A DNA stretch of 64,000 nt from Adineta vaga (Eukaryota > Animalia > Rotifera), in assembly GCA_021613535.1 (NCBI GenBank), contig CP075494.1, positions 16,120,001 through 16,184,000 on the forward strand, in the 5' to 3' direction. Positions 47,900-60,452 of the stretch are shown here, one piece after another; positions within the stretch are counted from its first letter, which is position 1; the number at the start of each line of letters is the position of its first letter. A model generated the notes under the pieces. It saw only the letters and a program-made list of their open reading frames with translations. It was not told where the DNA came from and made no database searches. The position numbers and the translations under genes are program-made.

Positions 47900-49160
47900 T
47901 ACCAGATTTGATTTCTAATCTTTGAAAATAAACATACTTAGTGATAGATTTGAATCAATATCAAGATTGTTTTCTGTTTTAAATTTCATTGATTTTTGTA
48001 AATATTGAGTACTTTTATCATAATTTCCTGTTAATGCTAAAAGACCACTAAGATCTTTATATAAATGAGCACATAAAGGATGATTTGATGGTAATTCATT
48101 TACAAAACCGAAGAAAATATTTTTCTGCTAAATCAAATTTACTCATATCTTTCAAAAGTCTTCTCAAACTTTGAAGATACATTTGTTCATTTTTTTCAGA
48201 AATATTTTCAAGACGAAATATTGAACCAAGCATAAAAAGAACTTCATATTCTCATGTATAATAACTATATTTACTTATTTCAGCAAATATTTGTGTTGTT
48301 ACTTTCTTCGAATCAGTATAGATTTGAAATACGACATTTTCAAGATCATTATTATTATTAGAAGAAAGAATTTTAGAGCAGTTTTGTAACCAATACTAGT
48401 AGAAAAAAATCAATTGACGATAGATGTCAAAGATGTATGAACGATACAAATAGATCATATGGATTTCTTGCAACCGTAACGCTGCATTCAACGTTTTGTA
48501 AAAAAAAACGTTTCTCTAGTATACCACAACATAATGCATTGTCTGAGGAATAATTATTTTGAAATTCTTTAATGTAATTTAATTCAGTTAAGTTTTCATT
48601 ATATTGATTTTTTAAAAAATGAATAAGTTCATTTTTATCATTTGAATTTGATTTTAATTGTAAAAGATAATCAATAAGTAATTGTGAAAATACAAAATCT
48701 CCATCAATATTTTTCGTCGTTTGTCCATCAAAATAATGAAATGATAATGGTTCTTCAATCTTTTTTTTGAATTTTATGATCTAATTCAATTCGCTGAATC
48801 AATTCATCAAGTTTCTTAACAACTGATTTTACCTAGAAGAAAAACAAACATTATTAGAATAGAAAATCTTCATTATTCTACTTTAGAATATTTGTCAGCC
48901 CATTATTTATTTCGTATTTCATCAAAACAATAAACATAAATAGATATAACTTGTCGAAGTTTATTAATCGATGTTGAGAAGATTTTTCTTCAATAAAAAT
49001 TCTTGACATTGTTTAACATCATGAAATTTTTTATAATTACTTACAATTGAACGTAATTTTTGTTCAGTATCTCGATTTTCTTTCACATTTACATCAAACC
49101 AAATAAAATAAAATATATCAAGATCTTTCTCGTACGTTGATATAATATTACTATAGCCAT
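47900..49160 (-). pseudogene. ART(-TPR) family pseudogene
   Basis: FIWFD..., LWYTRETFF/YKTLNAALR and EYEVLFMLGSIFRL motifs in broken frames; the YRG segment is missing; left boundary is approximate. Confidence 0.75.
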
Positions 49161-49214
49161 TTAAATTTATTTGAAATTTTCAAAAAGATATATCACATCA
49201 GATTTTTTTTCTTA

Positions 49215-50287
49215 TCTTGACAAGAATTATTTGACACGAAATGTTTGAACTCTATGATTTGAATAATCTGAGCTATGAAGATATGTTTCAACTAGATCAA
49301 AAGCAATATCTCCAGGTGCATCCAAAAGTTGATTGGTTGCACCAGCGAAATCACTAGCACTACCAGCTGCAACCGAATCTTGTGTGTCACCAATTCTCAA
49401 TTTCATTACACGATCATTTCCACGATCAACAATGTTACCATTAGTAGTATTAGTTCTTCAAGTAACGATGATACATAAATATTTCCAGATCGATCAACTA
49501 CTATGCCATAGGTAGTGTACAATCCAGTTAACAGACAAGAACCTGTTAATAATCATGCAGCTGGACCAGTAAAAAGTGTAACTCCAGTTCGTTTATATGG
49601 TGAAAAGGCTTGAACTCTTTTGAGATTCCAATCGGTAATATACAAAATTCCATCAATTGGTGATAAATAAATACCTCCAAGGGCCTACTAGACCACTTAA
49701 ACCACCACCAGTAGTACTATTACAAAAACCAGCCACTGTTTGACCAATTCCAAACATTGGAACTAAAATAGATTTGAAAAAAATTGCTTAGAATATTTCA
49801 ATTCTCTTAAATTACTTACTTTCTAAGCATCGATAGGTAAAATCACAAGTTGGTGAACATATTTGATTTCGAAGCAGTTGTGTTGAACACACTGAGCCAT
49901 TCCAAAATGTCTTCAAAGGACATTGACAAGTTTGACTCATTGTATCACATATTTTATATCGACTTTGAAGACATTTATCACAGGATTGATTATGAATATT
50001 TATATAAATGTTTAATGATGATCGAAGAGAACCTACAATTGATCGAGGTTTTGAAGATGAGAAAATAATTGAACCTGTTGTTGTTGTTGTATCAACATCC
50101 CATAAACAACAATGTTTAGAATCAGGATTAAAGTCAAATATTCGACAATCTATTCATTTATTACATTCAACTGAACAATACAATAAAGAATAAATTCCCG
50201 TCCAGAATCAATTATATCAAATATCAATTTATCTTGAATACTTGAATGAATAAAGAATAATAGAATATATTGAATAAATTGTATCAT
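49215..50287 (-). pseudogene. PAN/Apple plus NHL-repeat secreted protein pseudogene
   Basis: Signal-like start, DCRIFDFN...C.LW, QTVAG, LYITDWNL.RV and DRGNDRVMK motifs; many in-frame stops; left boundary is approximate. Confidence 0.7.
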
Positions 50288-50320
50288 TATACAATTTGTT
50301 AATTCAATTTAAATAAATAA

Positions 50321-50523
50321 GTTATTTTTTAATGAGAATAAGAAGAAAAAAAGAAAAGTATTTATATAAAGTTATTCATGTGTCATTTTCATAGAAATAA
50401 TAAAGATTTTTCAGAAAGAAAAACAAGAACAATAATTTTATTCCGGTCAGAAAATATCATTTTATAAATGATCAATGCTTGGACTCGTAGTATAGTTACT
50501 TTATCGAATAACTTTAGAAATCC
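50321..50523 (+). repeat. 203-bp direct repeat, copy 1
   Basis: Matches 59865-60067 with 4 substitutions counted by eye. Confidence 0.92.
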
Positions 50524-51148
50524 TTTGTTTTTTTCTAAAATAAAAAGTTTTATGTATCATTATATCTTTTCTAAATTCAAATTTATAAAATGAATTATAT
50601 TTCTGCTTTTTTGACGATACGAGAGAACAAATTATGACTTGGATTTTTTCTAATTAAAGAAAGTTATTATGACAAATAGAGGTCTGTAGGGTGAGACATT
50701 TTAGTAATCTGTAACCTGTCCTGTAAAAATTTTTCGTAACCTTTTATCATTGTACGAAACTTGAAAAGGTTTCGCGGATTTTGAAAACTAATTGGCACAT
50801 ACAAAACCTTTTCAATGAGTTCGGTGATACACATTTTTTATTTAGAGTGTACAGATTAAGAATAATGCTGCCGACATAGCATAAAGTCATGTGACAAGGC
50901 CATAAAAGAAAAAATTCTTTATAGGCATTTATCAGAATACCATTAAAACACGAAACATTTTTCTAAGATAAGTCATATGGTGATAAGAATGACGCAAATA
51001 ATAGGACAACACTTATGATAGCAGAAGTAGAGAAAAAGCAACATCATCAAAAAAAATCATAGAATGAAAACAGAACACATTATTTCAAACAATAGATAAG
51101 CTAATAATGAGAGAGAGAGCGATAAAGATGAAAAAGGTTAGAGTATAG

Positions 51149-51156
51149 TATAAATA
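51149..51156 (+). promoter_or_regulatory. TATA box of the subtilase gene
   Basis: tataaata upstream of a probable 5'-UTR intron (gtaagt at 51207) and the ATG at 51390. Confidence 0.4.
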
Positions 51157-51389
51157 TATGTGCCTATTTACAGTAAAAATTAAATTATTACAAAGGATTC
51201 TCCAAGGTAAGTGTGAATAATTTCAATTATCTTAACTTATTTTTAAAGATATTTTCTTAATGTTCGAATTAAACTCCATATATCTGTTATTTACTCATAT
51301 CTTTTGAATAGATGCATCAAATGATCTAATCTTATAATCTATATTTTTTAGATATTTCACACAATCTAATTACAAAAGCAAAAGACAAG

Positions 51390-54300
51390 ATGCAATATAA
51401 TGAAATACCTGCAAGCAATGAGCAAGCAACATTCATTTCCGAGGAAACTGAAGGCAAACAACAATCAGCCAAAAAGTAAGTACACGATCTAGATATTTCA
51501 ACAATGGTTGATAATATTTTTATGGTTTAGATCAGTCTGGTCGACTGTATTCTCACACAATAAAATGAAAATTATCATCACAGGACTGGTGTTTGTTTTC
51601 GTTGTGACTGGTGCAGTAATGCTTTTTACTTCTTCACAATTACAATGGACGAATGAACCATCATTCGAAAATGATCAAGGTAAAATTAGAAAGTTCTCTT
51701 ATTCTACCATAAATAATGACCAAATTCAACGAAACAAATATCAACTTCTTCATTAATATATTTTTATAGGTGATGCACTTCCTCAACTACGATCATATTC
51801 AAAACATGAAGTAGACAATTGATATGTTCATTATTTATTATCTTATAATCATTTTATAGAGACATCGATCACCAGATAGTCTTGGTCATATGAATATTTA
51901 CATTAACAAACACAATCATCGTTCAAATCAACGACTACGCTTTCCTGTAGCTCGATATGATGATCGTCGTCACTTTCGTTTGTTTTCTTTTCATATTATC
52001 TTTTCGTTCATTTGAATAACTTCTTTTTTATTTTTTTTAATCTTCTAGCATTGCGAGGTCCATTTCTCAATTTTATGCCATGGATTCCAATATTTGCTGA
52101 CCGATTAACAAAACAAACAATTGTTTACTCACCAACAGGAGGTAATAGATTATCTTTATTGTTGTTCAAGTTAATCAACAATTTGTTAATTATTATAGTT
52201 TACATTCTTCCGCCATTGATCAATTCATACGGTCAACTATTTTCAGTTGCACAACTGATTGCTTCAGGTTACGCTAGTTTAGTTAGTAGTGGATCATCAC
52301 CCTATGGAAACATTGATATGCTTCGTTATTTTCAACCGCAACCTTGTATGTTTCTTTTTTCCTCATCCACGGATTATAATATTTTGTTTATGATAGTGTT
52401 GGGTCCAGGTATTCCAGTGATTAATCCTTTGACAGGTGGCTTCACTGGTGGTATTTATGGCAATTTTGGTTCGTTTCCAAAGACTAGAGATTATGAAGCA
52501 CGATCGAAGATGGATTATTCACGTGAAAACGAAGACGATGATGATAATTATCATCGTGATGAACAACAAGAAAGTGAAGAATATAAATATCGACCTCAAT
52601 ACAATTCATATCGAAACAATAGAAAACCATACAAAACAAACAAAATTACAAGTAATATACATATTTCTTATTCATTTATTCTCGACTATTTCACGTATCT
52701 ATTCTTTCGATTGACACTGATTGATTTGACTTTGTTACAGGAAAAACAACACCTTCAACTACCAAATCATCACCATTACCATCACCTCAATCATATTTAA
52801 CCAAATGTGAACCAGAAAAGAAATCTCGTAAGTCAATTTGTTTCTTTACATATGAGATCTCACAATTCTAATTACTCATAAAATTCGCTAAGCTAATTCA
52901 TTTACTTTTTTCATTAATCATAGTGACGATAAAACTGATTCTCTTTGAATATGATATAAATAAACTTGTATGATTTATTTTTTGTTTTCATCTTTAGGAA
53001 CAAATGATCATAAAGGACGAGCATTCAAAAAGCATAAACTTCGTAGAAAAATGAGAATGTTATCGAAGTCAAAGAAATCTGATACTCCTCGTCTTCTAAG
53101 GGGTGCTTATGTCATTCAATATCCAGCTAATACTCCTGTCAAAAAATGTTTTCAGTCAGTAACTGATTCTTTACAAAAAACACACGGAATTAGTAGATCA
53201 TTAGTTAAGACGCGACTTGAATATAAGTCATCATTATTTGCTGGCATTTCTATTCAAGTAGACCATAAAGATGCTATTGACGCATTGGAAATGATTGAAG
53301 ATGCTATTGAACTTTATCCTGTTACCATTAGTCAACGTCCACGTCCTAAAAAGAATTCTGCATTTTTTGACAGATTAACAGAAGCACAACGTAAAACATT
53401 GATTCCTCACTATTTAACTGGTGTTGATGATATTCACAAACGGTTCAAAAATTTTGGTGAGGGTGTTAAAGTGAGTATTGATATATTTTGCTTCATTTTC
53501 AAGCATTCTACTGAGCTAAACAAAATAATTTATTCTATTTTATTACAGATAGGTATGATTGATACCGGTATTGATTATACACATCCAGCACTTGGAGGCT
53601 GTTTTGGAGGAGATTGTAAAGTGGCTTTTGGCTATGGTAAGAGATTAAATTTGATCATTATCGGGATAATTAATATGAAACAATGATTGTGTAGATTTAG
53701 TTGGTGATGCTTATGATGGTAGTAACACACCAGAAGAAGATGATGATCCTATGGACAATTGTTCTGAAGATGCTCATGGTATATTTTGTCTTGCATATTT
53801 CTATTATTTAGTGTCATAATATAATATATAGGAACACATGTCGCTGGTATTATTGGTGCAAATACGACTGGAATTGATCAACCACTTTATACTCCATTTG
53901 AGCATTTTATAGGTGTTGCTCCTCGAGCAAAACTCGGAGCATGTGAGTAACGTTTAGTTTATTCAATAGAATATTTATATTTTTCATATTTCTTTAAAAG
54001 ATCGTGTATTTGGGTGTTCAGGTTATGTAACTAGTGGTAAGTGTGAATAGTGATACATTCTTACTATTGATCCTGCGTTTATGAAATATATTTTGCAAAT
54101 ATATCAATTTCTAGATGTGGTAGCTAAAGCAATCTATCGTGCTTATGACGATGGTATGGATATAAGTGAGTATTTTCGATTATGTCTTTTATTTTTCTCG
54201 ACCAAATCTTGATGTCAGAAACGAGGCTGCCGAGAAAATATCTTTGAAGCAGTGACATTTATTAACATACATTGAAAATCTGTAAATGAACTTAGTCTTT

Positions 54301-57300
54301 CCCTTGAGATTATGAATTTTTCATTCAAGTAGAAAATAATATCAATCGAATCTCTGACGACGGGTAAATATGTAAATAATTTGTATAAATGATAAGCTGA
54401 TCGAAAAATTTTTCGTTCTGGTCCGAAAATCGGGCTTCTCTGTAAAACCGCTCAATTTTCTGTATAATTTCATACTCATTAATTCTTATTATAATTCTTA
54501 TGTATTTAGTAACACTATCTCTCGGAGGTCTTGACGCTTACCGACTTTCTGTTGATACAATAGCTGCTCAATTAGTATCCGAAGCAGGAGGTGAGTTTTT
54601 ATTCCGTTATTAAATCATATAGCTAATCTAACATTTGTCGTAGCTTATATCACAATCTCGGCTGGGAACGACGGAACTAAGGGTTTGTACAGTACTCAGA
54701 GTCCGGCAATTGCATCAGGTGCTATGACTATTGGTTCGATCGATAATAAATATCAACTAACGTCCATTATAATCACACCTAACGGTAAACAAATTAATTA
54801 TTCACCTGGATTTTATGGTGGATGGACATCGAATGTCACCTCAAAAATCGTTGTCAACGGTTAGCTACAACAATGTACATCATCTATATTTATTAGAGTT
54901 TTTCTTTAGATCCAAATCGAGGACTGAATGACGGTTGTAATGGTATAAATAATCCAACGACAGTGATAGGTGCTGTAGTTCTATTTTCTTACAATGTTCA
55001 AGATACATGCAGCTCTTTTTTTCGATGCAATGCGGCAGCAGAAGCTCACGCAATAGGGTGTCTTATGTATGATGCTGGTTCTATTTCAGGTCTTGTTTCT
55101 ACATGCTTTTTATTTAACAATGATTTTGTTGTAGGTTCCAATTTGATTCCTAGTGGAAGTATGAGTTTAACTAATGGTTTAAGCATTGTTATAACTGTAG
55201 CTAAGAATCCTTCTGCTCTTTATACTTTCACTGGCATACCTAGTGTGACTTTGTCGGTAAGAATATTGAATGAAAAGTCAAAGAAAATGTTTTCCTTTCA
55301 TAATAGAAACATATGAGAAACAACAAGTAGTGTAGATATATCGGAAAGAGATGAAGTGCATAAAAAGCTTAATCTCTATTAACATCTCTATTTTGGGCAT
55401 ATTTCAGATTAAATGATGCCTACGAAAAAAGTACACAAAACTTAACTTGATATTTTTTGAATATGGACATGACTATCGACATGCATCTATCCTAAATTGT
55501 TTTGAGCTTTAGAATTGAGTTTGAGTTTTGCCAAAAGATATAGAAATATGACATCAACTACAATACTAACTCATTAGGCATTTTTGATCTAGTGTATTGA
55601 ATTGAAGATCAAACATCGAAGATTTAATTGCTTAAATTAGGAATAGATATAGTTCTTGAACTTATATACAAAATCAAATCGTTTATGTTTGATGCACATC
55701 TAAGTATGCAACTGTAGTTGAGAAAGAAAAGCAAATTAAAAATGATCTGTCCAACCAAATAATAACCAAAATTTCGAGTCTTCCTTACTCCTCTTTTGTA
55801 GCTAGATCGAATTAAATGACACTAATAACTTTTAGTGTTTTTGAATAAATCTTTCAGCTATTAAGTATAGACACTTCCGAATGGAAGAAGCATCTTTTCT
55901 TATCTATTCATTTTTACCAATCACAAATCCTGATAATGTGAACCTGCAAACACTTGTTTCTCTATATGTTTAGGAAAAACTGTTAACACCTTCTTATTTT
56001 ACATCGCTTGGTCCTACCGGTGACTTAGATTTCTATACAGAAATATGTGCCATTGGTGGATTTGTATACTCAACAGTTTCACCCTCTGCTGCTACGATAA
56101 GCAAAGTGTCAGTAGCATATAATACATATTCCGGTACAAGTATGTCTTCTCCTTATATGGCTGGGTAAGTTTCATTATGCATGATAATAGGAGATTTCTA
56201 TTAAATGATCAATTAGATACACATGATAGTCGACTTTTAATTACTAAAATTATCATAAACAACCATTTTGACTTCTTATGCATTTAGATTCTAATAATTA
56301 GTACAACTTTTTTTGTTTCTACTTGAAGAGTATTAGCATTATTTCTATCCAACATTAACAATCCTCCTCCATACACAGTCAATGGTACTTCATCGAATGG
56401 AAAATGTCGTCCTAAATTCTCTCTTGTCAAAGATATATTTCAATCAAATGCTCAAATGCTGAATATACACAGTTCTTCTCTTCTTGCTAGTGCTATTCAA
56501 CAAGGAGCTGGACTGGTGCAAGCTATGAAAGGTATCACTACTACAACTTTGGTCTCTCCAAGTACACTTTCACTAAATGATACAGTGAGAAAACACTCGT
56601 CATACAAAGTTAGCATAACAAATATTGGAAATACAAAAGCTACGTATGAAGTGAATCATGTTGGGGCAGCACTTGTTACTGGAGCAACATCAACCAGTGA
56701 ATTGCTCCTTCTTGAACCCATCTACTCTGAAGATTATTCTGTAAGTTTCAAATTAGAGATTCATCTAAATTAGCGAGAGGTTTCAAAAAACAAAAGCTAA
56801 AGACGTATTTTGATCAGTAGAAAAACGAAAAAATATATTTGTTTGTTTGCTTATTTAGAAGATGATTTCTTTTCTTTTTTTACTCTAAAAAAATCTTTTT
56901 GTTATTGTAAAATATTTCAGAAAGTAACTATTCAACCATCTAAATTTCAACTTCAACCTGGACATACACAAAAAATAACGCTGCGATTCCAAGAACCTTC
57001 GAGAGCTGATCCAACTCTTCTTCCAGTGTATTCTGGTTATATTAATGTTCAAAATACAATCAATAATCAGAATACTCATGTATCATGTAATTTCTTTAGT
57101 TCGATCATTTGATTTTCATATTAGTTACTGCGTCTTCGTCTGATTTATGTCTAATAGATGCTGGTGTTGTAGGTGATTATAGTAAAGCACAGATTATTGT
57201 TCGAAATTCGGATTTGGGACCTATCACAGGAATTCAAGATGTAAATGGAGCTTATGTGACTAATGGACAAATTCCAACATTAAAATGTACTGAAGGGTGT

Positions 57301-58061
57301 ATGGTCATTGTGGTATTGGCATATCCAACACGACTTCTTAAAGTAGAAGCTATTTCAACAACAGATAATACAAAGTAATAATCATTTAGGTATTAGCTCT
57401 TTTAGTTATTCCAAAGATAGAAAGTGTTCCTCGATACACTATTTAGTCTTTAGAAGAGTCGATGGTCTTTTATATTTCAAATTGAATTTTGAAAACAAAA
57501 ACGACCTTCGTATATATACGGAGTACTGGGGACGTGAGAACTAGCAAAGCAAACTCCTTAATAATGAATATAAAAAAAGATATGAACTTCCACACTACTC
57601 CAATGCTAGAGTTGAATTAAATGCAATTACCATCAATTAACTCGTGTCCTCATCATAAACGATTATCCTTATAAACTTTCAAGAGTTCTATGAGCATTTG
57701 CTAAACTTCTATATTTAAAAATATATGTAGTTTTCGAACGATTATTTCTTTCTTTTGTAGTCATGGTGTACTATATAGTGCGGGAACTACTTTTAGCGAC
57801 ATACAGAACACCTTAGTCGGTTATCTCTATGCCGAAAGCTTGCCAAGAAATTTGCCAATTATCTTTGCTTCTTATGAAAAATACTGGTATGGTGAAGTTG
57901 GTAAAATATCAATGACAGAAGAAAAACCAGATGGCCCGATTAGTAAACTTGCCGACGATCAATACACAATTCAGTTTTCAGTTCTTCGACATTTTGGTGA
58001 TCCAACAAACCCAAGTGACTATGAGGTTTATCAGTCACCACCGTTCAATCTTGTTCAATAA
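51390..58061 (+). CDS. Subtilisin-like S8 serine peptidase (Vpr/fungal S8_5 type, PA and Fn3-like regions) with N-terminal TM anchor; highly intronised
   Basis: Catalytic motifs IDTGIDYTHPALGG, HGTHVAGII, SAGNDG and SGTSMSSPYMAG, plus QQGAGLV and LPVYSGYI. The exon phases I checked (52651/52741/52828/52999) join the TM/Pro-Gly-rich N-terminal exons to the prodomain. Confidence 0.88.
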
Positions 58062-58265
58062 CCTGATATAAACATTAATCATTACTTCATTTCTTTTAGG
58101 ATTTCTTTTCGTAACGATTCTTTCATCTTTCATCCTTTTCCCTCGACTGAAGGGAGGATAATACGAAAAAAACTAAAATGATTTGTTTGTTTGTGACAGA
58201 TCAAAGGTCAAAAGTAAAAAAAAAACATTATCTGCAAAATGATAGAAAACATTCAAAGCAAACAG

Positions 58266-58284
58266 GAGGGTGAGGGTGTGGGTG
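58266..58284 (+). repeat. Single arm of telomeric hexamers
   Basis: gagggtgagggtgtgggtg. Confidence 0.55.
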
Positions 58285-59864
58285 AAAGATCAACGGTTGT
58301 CTATGGAAAAACAAATTTCAAGAAAATCATTCTATAGGAACACGCTTCGGCCTTCATATACTACCTAAAGGGTATCTTTAGGCGTCATTCACTCCAAGAT
58401 AGAAATATCCCATGAAATAAAGTATTTGTTTCGAAAGGTATTCAAAAAGATAACTGGCTAAGCTTTGGTTGCGTCTTCTCATGCACCAAGGTCATTGAAA
58501 AGTTCATGAAGGACAAAGATCTTTACAGAATTACCGTGTTACGTATTCTACGGGTAGTTAGTCACGAACTCATTCTCCTTTTTCAATTTCTCTCGCAAAT
58601 TGTATTGATAAAAGACCAGAAGCTACTGAGGAAACACCGAAACTCGATTCAGTTATTCTTCTCAAGTTTGAATTCTTAGTGACCAATATGTTGAATTGGA
58701 ACGTGTAAACCACTGAACATGAGTGACCAATCAGAGACCGACTGACGAATGACTAGTCCTTTATAGAAAAGGTTATTTGTTAGTAAAAGATTGAAATGAC
58801 TATAAAATCAGATTCGCAAAATCAAAGAGAAAATGAATAAAGAGTTCGAAAGTAGGAGCTGCTATATTTAGATGCGTATGAATTTACGATACAAAAATTC
58901 GTTCTCGTGTGTTAAAGATAAATTCAACTTATGGTAGATCCATCATTATTGCAATAGGCGAGACTCGTGATACTTCAGAAGCTATTAAATAATTCTTGGT
59001 GAGCAAGTGCACGTAACTGAATCGATTGATTGACGCGAACCTGATGCTGTTTACTTATATTTATCTGATTCCCCGCACTAAAACCTGTGAGTGGTATCAG
59101 TACTTCGGAATCCTCCGTTTCGAAAATATTCTTTTCTTTAAGATGGTTGATGGTTAAGGTTCCAAAGATATGACATTGCTCGGACTACACCTATTAGCGT
59201 GCAATACACACTGAAGCATTGTAATGCTCTAATTTCCGTTTCTGGTACCAACCGCAATATAATGACAATGAATGTGCTTAAAAAGTCATAGATGTTTGTG
59301 TTTGCTTTTTTATTGAACACTTTGTCGGCTTGTATGTACGATAAGGGTGGTTTTTTTAAACTTAATTCCACTTAATGGTTAATATTAAGCGTTGAGTCAG
59401 AAAACTTGACTTGATTTTGAGTTAAGCCATTTGACCCACCCCTATTGTATGATTCCAATCCTTTTTTTTATCCATGGCTGAATCTCAGTTGTATATATCA
59501 TATAGTTCACAAAGTTAAGGTTTTCTATAAATATTCTAGTGGTCCCAACAAATATTAATCAAGACATGAGCGGAAAAGAAACGAAACGATATTATGTGAT
59601 AATAACGATAGTGTGTAAAATCATGACATTTTTAAATATAAGAACCGGTCAGAACAATCTTCTAACTTTTTCTAGAAACCGCTTCGGGAATGCAAAGAAT
59701 TAGCGCTACTGATTGCCTAATTGTCTATCGACGGATATGTAACAAGTATTCCATGAGTTGTAAAGATTCAATCTCAAACCAAAAACCGTTTCAGCGAAAA
59801 TAGTCCCTAAATTTGGTTTGATTAATCCTTCAGTCTAGGGTCAAGCGATTCACCTTCGACGAGC

Positions 59865-60067
59865 GTTATTTTTGAATGACAATAAGAAGAAAAAAAGAAA
59901 AGTATTTATATAAAGTTATTCATGCGTCATTTTCATAGAAATAATAAAGATTTTTCAGAAAGAAAAACAAGAACAATAATTTTATTCCGGTCAGAAAATG
60001 TCATTTTATAAATGATCAATGCTTGGACTCGTAGTATAGTTACTTTATCGAATAACTTTAGAAATCC
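59865..60067 (+). repeat. 203-bp direct repeat, copy 2
   Basis: Matches 50321-50523. Confidence 0.92.
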
Positions 60068-60068
60068 A

Positions 60069-60132
60069 TCTTGATGGTGTATGGACTTGTGGATGTCTCT
60101 GTTATATTCAGACCCACAATCACATCCTCAAG
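60069..60132. repeat. Degenerate telomeric-hexamer hairpin element abutting the direct repeat
   Basis: tcttgatggtgtatgg ... gacccacaatcacatcctcaag. Confidence 0.55.
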
Positions 60133-60452
60133 TCATTTTTTTATTGAGTCTGAAGAAGAGTGTATTACTTCATAACAACTTATTACTGTTTAGATTTTTC
60201 CTTTACTTTTGTCTGTGATCGTCGATTATTATAATGACGCATAAACTTTCTTTTGTGTTTCTCTTCTTTACTTTGGGTTTTTTCCCATTTCATGATGTGC
60301 TGTTCTCCACTTTAACTTTTTGGTTATTATTTTTTAAAGATTTACTCTTCCTTTATATATTAGAAGTTATTCAAAATCAAAATAGAGTAAATTGACTACT
60401 AGTAATTATTTATTTTTTTATTATAGGTGTTTCACATATCGAAGACTCAACT

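Noticed and set aside
59340-59444. hAT-like terminus (reverse complement TAGGGGTGGGTCAAA)
   Set aside because: Only one end seen; no partner or TSD
50321-60067. LTR retrotransposon interpretation of the direct repeats
   Set aside because: No TG..CA termini, PBS/PPT or gag/pol; the enclosed gene is intron-rich
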